Program-made: the position numbers and the translations under genes | In this document: positions 29,101-35,100 of the stretch, piece by piece | How positions within the stretch are numbered: the first letter of the stretch is position 1 | Layout: every line of letters starts with the position of its first letter | Source of the DNA: Barthelona sp. PAP020 | Lineage: Eukaryota | Assembly: GCA_040182905.1 (NCBI GenBank) | Contig: JARQWU010000008.1 | Location: 1-64,000 of the forward strand | Direction: 5' to 3' | DNA length: 64,000 nt | Notes under the pieces: model-generated | The model's database searches: none | What the model was told of the DNA's origin: nothing | What the model saw: only the letters and a program-made list of their open reading frames with translations

Positions 29101-32100
29101 TTCAGAGTGCTTGTTTGGTCAGTTATCAATGAACAATTCCATTATGGCTCATAATGGCTCTTTACAAGTTGAAAATGGCACTTTGAAAAATTCTGAAATA
29201 TTTTCTGTTGAAAACATCATGTTGGGTCATACATTCTTCAATTCTTTACAATTGGTCACATATTTTAAGTTAAATCAAGGGCACACACTTACTGTGGGCA
29301 ATGATTTAACCCTTGATCATATATCAATTGTGTTGGGATGTGATGCTACTCTTGTCTTCGATACTGTTTCTTATGTGATTCTTATCGAAGGTATTATTAA
29401 GAATGATGGCATATGTGGTGGATATTTTAACAATACTGGTCATGTTGAAAAAGTTGGTGAGAATGGTATCTTTGAAATTGAAGTAGATTATTTCAATTTT
29501 GGCAATACTCTAATGAAAGAAGGTGTTTTGAAACTGAATAAATTTATTAATTATGGTTTAATTGATGGTAATGGTGGTAGTATGTATCTTGTTCATGAAT
29601 TGTTCACTGCAAATACTTCAGTTCTCAAAGGTGAATTTGAGATAATTTTAAATGGTAGCATTTTTGCTGAATTTAATGGAAAAATACTTGATCACAGCAC
29701 TTTATCAACCAGTTTGAATGCCTTTAATAGTAATATTCTTTTGAATGCTGTTGAAATTGATAATGTTCGATTTAATACAGCACAAAGCAATATTTCCACT
29801 GGAAATACTACCGGAAATTTGGTCTTGATTGATTATAAGTCACAGATTATGTTAGATGGCCTCAAATTCATAATAGATCACAGTTTCTTCAATCAAAGTA
29901 ATATCACTATCAAAAACAATGTTGATTTGGCGTTAAAACAAGTTTTCTTTTTTGATTCCACAATATCTATCGAAGGTGGAAGCAACATGAATGGCAGTTA
30001 TATTGATTTGAATAACACTGTTATATCCATTGTTTCTTCAAAAAAAATAATATTTAGATCGATAAACAGCGCATATTCAGTATTCAACATATCAGGGTTT
30101 GCAGATATTCAAGATTCTTCAATTGTTAAATCTAACATTTTGTTGAGAAATGACACTTCTCAAATGTATTCAACTGATATCAATATCACTGATTCTGCCT
30201 TTTACGGAAATGGAACATGGTATGCAAATGGAGATACATCTATTTCTGATGCCAAAGTTTCTGATGTGATTATCGATGCAAATGATAATTTCACATTTAA
30301 GGATATTGTTAGCTTCCTTGGTAAGACTGTTTTCAATGTCATAAATAACACTCGCTTGAGTAATAATGCTTCATTGAAATTGAAAGAACATGCTGAACTA
30401 AACATTTCCAAAGGCAGTCTAATATTAAATACAAGTGCTGTCATCGTTGGTTTTGATTCTTGCTTTTTCTCCAACAATCATATGGTAGTTCTTTTTGATG
30501 ACACAATGATTCACAACGTAAATTTGAGTAACGATGCAGCAATTCGCATTTCCGGAAACAATGTTACAATTTCTGGAAAAACTAACCTTTTAACTAACAG
30601 TCTAATGGAAATTGAAGCAAATTCTGATGTTAAATTTATTGGAAACACAAATTTAGATGGATCATTTACTGTTTTAGGCACAGTCAATGTTTTTGGTGAT
30701 TCTTTCACTAATGGTACAATCATGGGAAATAAAGACACGGGAAAGTTTGAATTTATGGAAGGTTCCCATATTTTTGTTGGTCAATCATCCATTCCTCTTA
30801 TTAATTACGCTAAGACTTCCTTTTCACCTTTATATGTTGTTGATGGCAGTTTTATTTTGACAAACATGAATGGAACTCTCTTTATTGAACCATCTGAAGT
30901 TGATTTCATTGAATTATATGTTGAAAATGGTATTGTGAGTGTGAATTCCTCAATAAAGCAACTTAAAAGTATGTTAGTTAAAAATGGATCTGTTGTGTTT
31001 GAAAATTCCAGTCAAAGTCTTATCAATGAAATAATGATTTTTGGGGGGAATTTCTTGTCAAACAAAGCACATTTAAATCTGAGCAACTGCCACATCAACA
31101 TTCATGATGGTTTTGTTATTTTGGAGGAAAATGTCTTTTTGAATGACAGCTCGATTTGTGTTCATGGTGGAAAGTTGTACGACTTGAGCAACGTTCAAAC
31201 AAAGATAAAGAAGTTGAACATTACTGATGGTGTTGTTCAATTAGACATTCCTCTGGAAATTGATTCTTTTGTTGTTGAAGGTGGAAATGTGAAAACAAAC
31301 TTAACTTATATTTCCAATGCCATTTTAACTGGTGGTACTATTGCTTTTACTAACGCCACGATATTTGATCTGTTTGGAGGTGATGCGACAGTTTCTGATT
31401 CGTTTATCCAAGTCATCAATCCCTTGCTTCCATCTGAAAAACAACTTAAGTTAAATGATGTGTCTATGTATATTGCTGATGATTGGATATCGTCAGTTTC
31501 TCTCATGGGCATCAATTCAACTGTTTTTGTAAATGAACTGAGAATTATGAATGCGATTGGAAATTCTTCTTTGAATGTCAATTTAGTGGTTAATGATATT
31601 ATTGCTATAAATGGTTCATTGAGTGCATCGAATATTAGTCTTGGTGGTAATATACACCTGAAAGGTGGTTCATTTGGTACATTAGGTAATTACACCCTAG
31701 AAAATGGTCACACATTGAGTGGGAAAGGTAGGTTTAATGGAAATTTAACGTCCAACTCAACAATTGTTTCTGAAGGTTGCATTATATTTGACAACCTGAT
31801 CCTTTCAAATGGATCAACAATGAAATCTTTCTTTGTCAACACGACATCATATTCATATTTTGTTGTTAAAGGGCATGCAAGTTTAGATGGTGTTTATGAG
31901 GTTGACTTTGAAATTCCAGACATAATGGAGGAAAACCAATATTGGACACTGATTGATTATGACACATTCAGTGGAAAATTCAAGGATACTGAAATGAGCT
32001 GTGAAGCCATGTTTAACCTTGTTTATTCCATTGATCAGTTTTATGCAATGTTGCAACACACCATTGATACAAATGTTGGACCAAATGTATATGTTGGACC

Positions 32101-35100
32101 AAATGGAAATGACAACCCCTGTTGTGGAGGTGCAAAAAGTCCTTGTCACACATTCCTCTATGCTATCAATTATAGAGCTGATGAAGAATGCAATGTTTAT
32201 TTCAATCCTGGCAATTACAATTATCAAGTTCTTCCTATTTACATATCCAATCGTGATATAAGTGTGTTTGGTATTGGAAATGTCACTATTGATGGTAGTG
32301 AATATCAAGGTGTTTCACTGACGATCAAATCCAGCAAATCAGCAACAATTAGTAATCTTATTTTGTCCAAATGCACTAAGTCTATCAGTATACGTGAGTC
32401 CAATGTGACACTAAATAATATAAGTATTATTTCTATTCAAAAAAGTGCTCTTTCATATGGTATTCAAAGCAGATCTTCAAGTTTAATTCTCAATAATGTA
32501 TCATTTGTTGATTCTAATTTGCATCACTTGTTGCACTGCAGCGATAGCAAAATAATCGCAAATAATTTACATTTGAACCATTCATACAGTCATGGTTACG
32601 GTCAGTTAATGTTTGACGATTGTTTTATGGAAATTAATGGGATTATTTTAAATTCAGATTCTGTATTCGATGAAAACGCTGTTATCATTTCTGCAGACCA
32701 TACTGAACTGATGTTGAATGATGTTGTTACAAACGCCACAAAAGAAGTGTGGAAAGTAGGTAGTTTGATCGAGACAAGAAGTTCTTCAATTGATCTTGAT
32801 TTAAAAGGTGCTAAATTGAACGTTTTCAAAAATTTAGTTTTTTCTGATGATTCAGTTGTTATTTTGAAGAATATTAGTTTCAATGATGAACAAACAGATT
32901 GTAGAATCATTGACAGTTTGAATTCAGTGGTAGAAATAAGCAATTTATCAATCCAAAGTGTTGAATTCACTAGAAGTTTGATTTCACTTCAAAAAACTGA
33001 TTTTATGATGTACAGCTTTAGCGCAAATGGAATTGCTACCATCAATGATTCCTTGATTGAAGCTTCATCTTCTGATATTTCAGTGTATAATTCATTAATC
33101 GTTAACTATGAAGGCTATCATTATCTTTCTCTTGATAACGGTGGCACAGTACTGATAAAGTCTTCTGAAATCGATAATTGTGATGTTGAATCGCTTATTC
33201 AAATAAAAGGTCTTTCCAACATAACATTCGTTGAAAGCAATATTAGTTCTGTCACTGGATCAGCTGCTGGGGCAGTTGTCAGGACTGAAGGAACTTTAAA
33301 TATTCTTGGTTGTGAATTCGGTAACAATAAAGCTACCGTTGGTGGTGTTTGTGTGATAATTAATGGCAATTTATTTGTTGAAAATTCCCTATTTGAACGA
33401 AATTCTGCTGTAATTGGTGGTGTATTCCTTCAAACAGAAGCAGAATCTTTTAAACTATATGAAACAACTAAAGAATTGAGGCATTTCAATCGATTCTATA
33501 AAAGTGATTTCATCCAGCTAAATTCTACCTCAAAAATTTACAATAACAAATTTTTTGACAACGTAGTTTCACAAAAATATGGTGGGGCTGTTTTGTTTAC
33601 AAATGTTGATCGTGTTCCACAGGTAACAAACAACATTTGTGAAAATAACCTTGCTTCGAACAGTAATTCTCCTGTTGCTACAACTGATCCAAGACAACTT
33701 GCTGCAAAAGTTACTGTTGACACAACCAATTCACTTGTAGATCCTAGGTATCTAATTTCCCTCAGTATTTTGGATGCTTACAGGAATATACTTGAAGGTG
33801 AAAATGTTGTTGACCGACCTGCTTCAATTTTACCTCAATCAACTCTTAGTGTAAAGGGAATAACACAAGCTGATATCACAGGGGGTGTTGGTTCCTTTGA
33901 TATTGCTCTTAGTGGTGAACCAACAGTTCATACAGTAACTATAGGTGCTGTAGGATTGATTGACACCAGTGTTGATATTGAAATTCAACTTTGTGAAGCT
34001 GGTGAAGGACTATATGAACAAAAGTGCCAACCATGTCCTGCTGGAACATATTCGGATTCACCTTCTGCACATGCATGTGTGTCTTGTGAAGCAGGAATGT
34101 GGACCCCAACTGAAGGCAGTTTAACATGTGTTGCGTGTGATGCCGGAACATATCGAGAAGAAGACATGAATGGATGTCAAAGATGCAGTTACAGTAAATT
34201 TAGTGTTGTTCCCGGTTCAATTCAATGTGAAGATTGTGGTCAAAATATGATTTCTTCTGAAGATCGTACATATTGTCAATGTAAAGGAGATTTGTTTGAG
34301 TTCCAAGAGAACGTTTGTTCTCCTTGTCCTACTGGAATGACATGTTTTGGTGGAAACGTCACATGTATTCAAGAAGGTTACTATGCAACCGATAGTGGAA
34401 CAGTTGAAGCATGTTTATCAAATGGATGTCTTGGATCATGTTCCTCTGTTAATAATACCAATTTAGAGGGTAACTTTGAATGCACTCAAGGTTTTACAGG
34501 CACGAGTTGTCTTGAATGTTCTCCTGGTTTCATTCAAAGTAGTCCTTATTGTCTTAAATGCTTGCCTTCATCAGTCACTGTTGTATTGTGTGCTCTTATG
34601 ACATTGCTTCTTATCACTTTGTTCATTTTTATATGGAAAGATGAGAAAAAACAGTTTCCTTATGCTTGTATTTATGTACCGGTGATAAGATTTATTCAGT
34701 TGTTGGGGTTAATTCAAAGGATTTGTCCCATCGCTGTTCCTTACATATTGCACAATCTCTTTTTTGCATTCGACTTGACATTTGTTGACATCTCGCATTC
34801 TCAAATATTGCAGTGCTTATTTATGACTAATGGGATAATTACTCGTGTTTCTTCAATTTATTTCATCTATTTTGTTTTATTCATCAGTTCTTTGATTAGT
34901 TCCAAGATGAACAGGTATTTTGCCGTGATGAAACAGATGTTGTTGGTTCCATTGTTAGCAGGCACAAGTGAAGTGATACAATTGCGTTACATCAATGATA
35001 ACCTTGTTGTTAAATCTGATCTGAGCATTGTTTTTGGCAGTATGAAATTTTTAATACTGGCATTGATGTTTATGATTACTCTTGTATTAATTGCAGTTTG

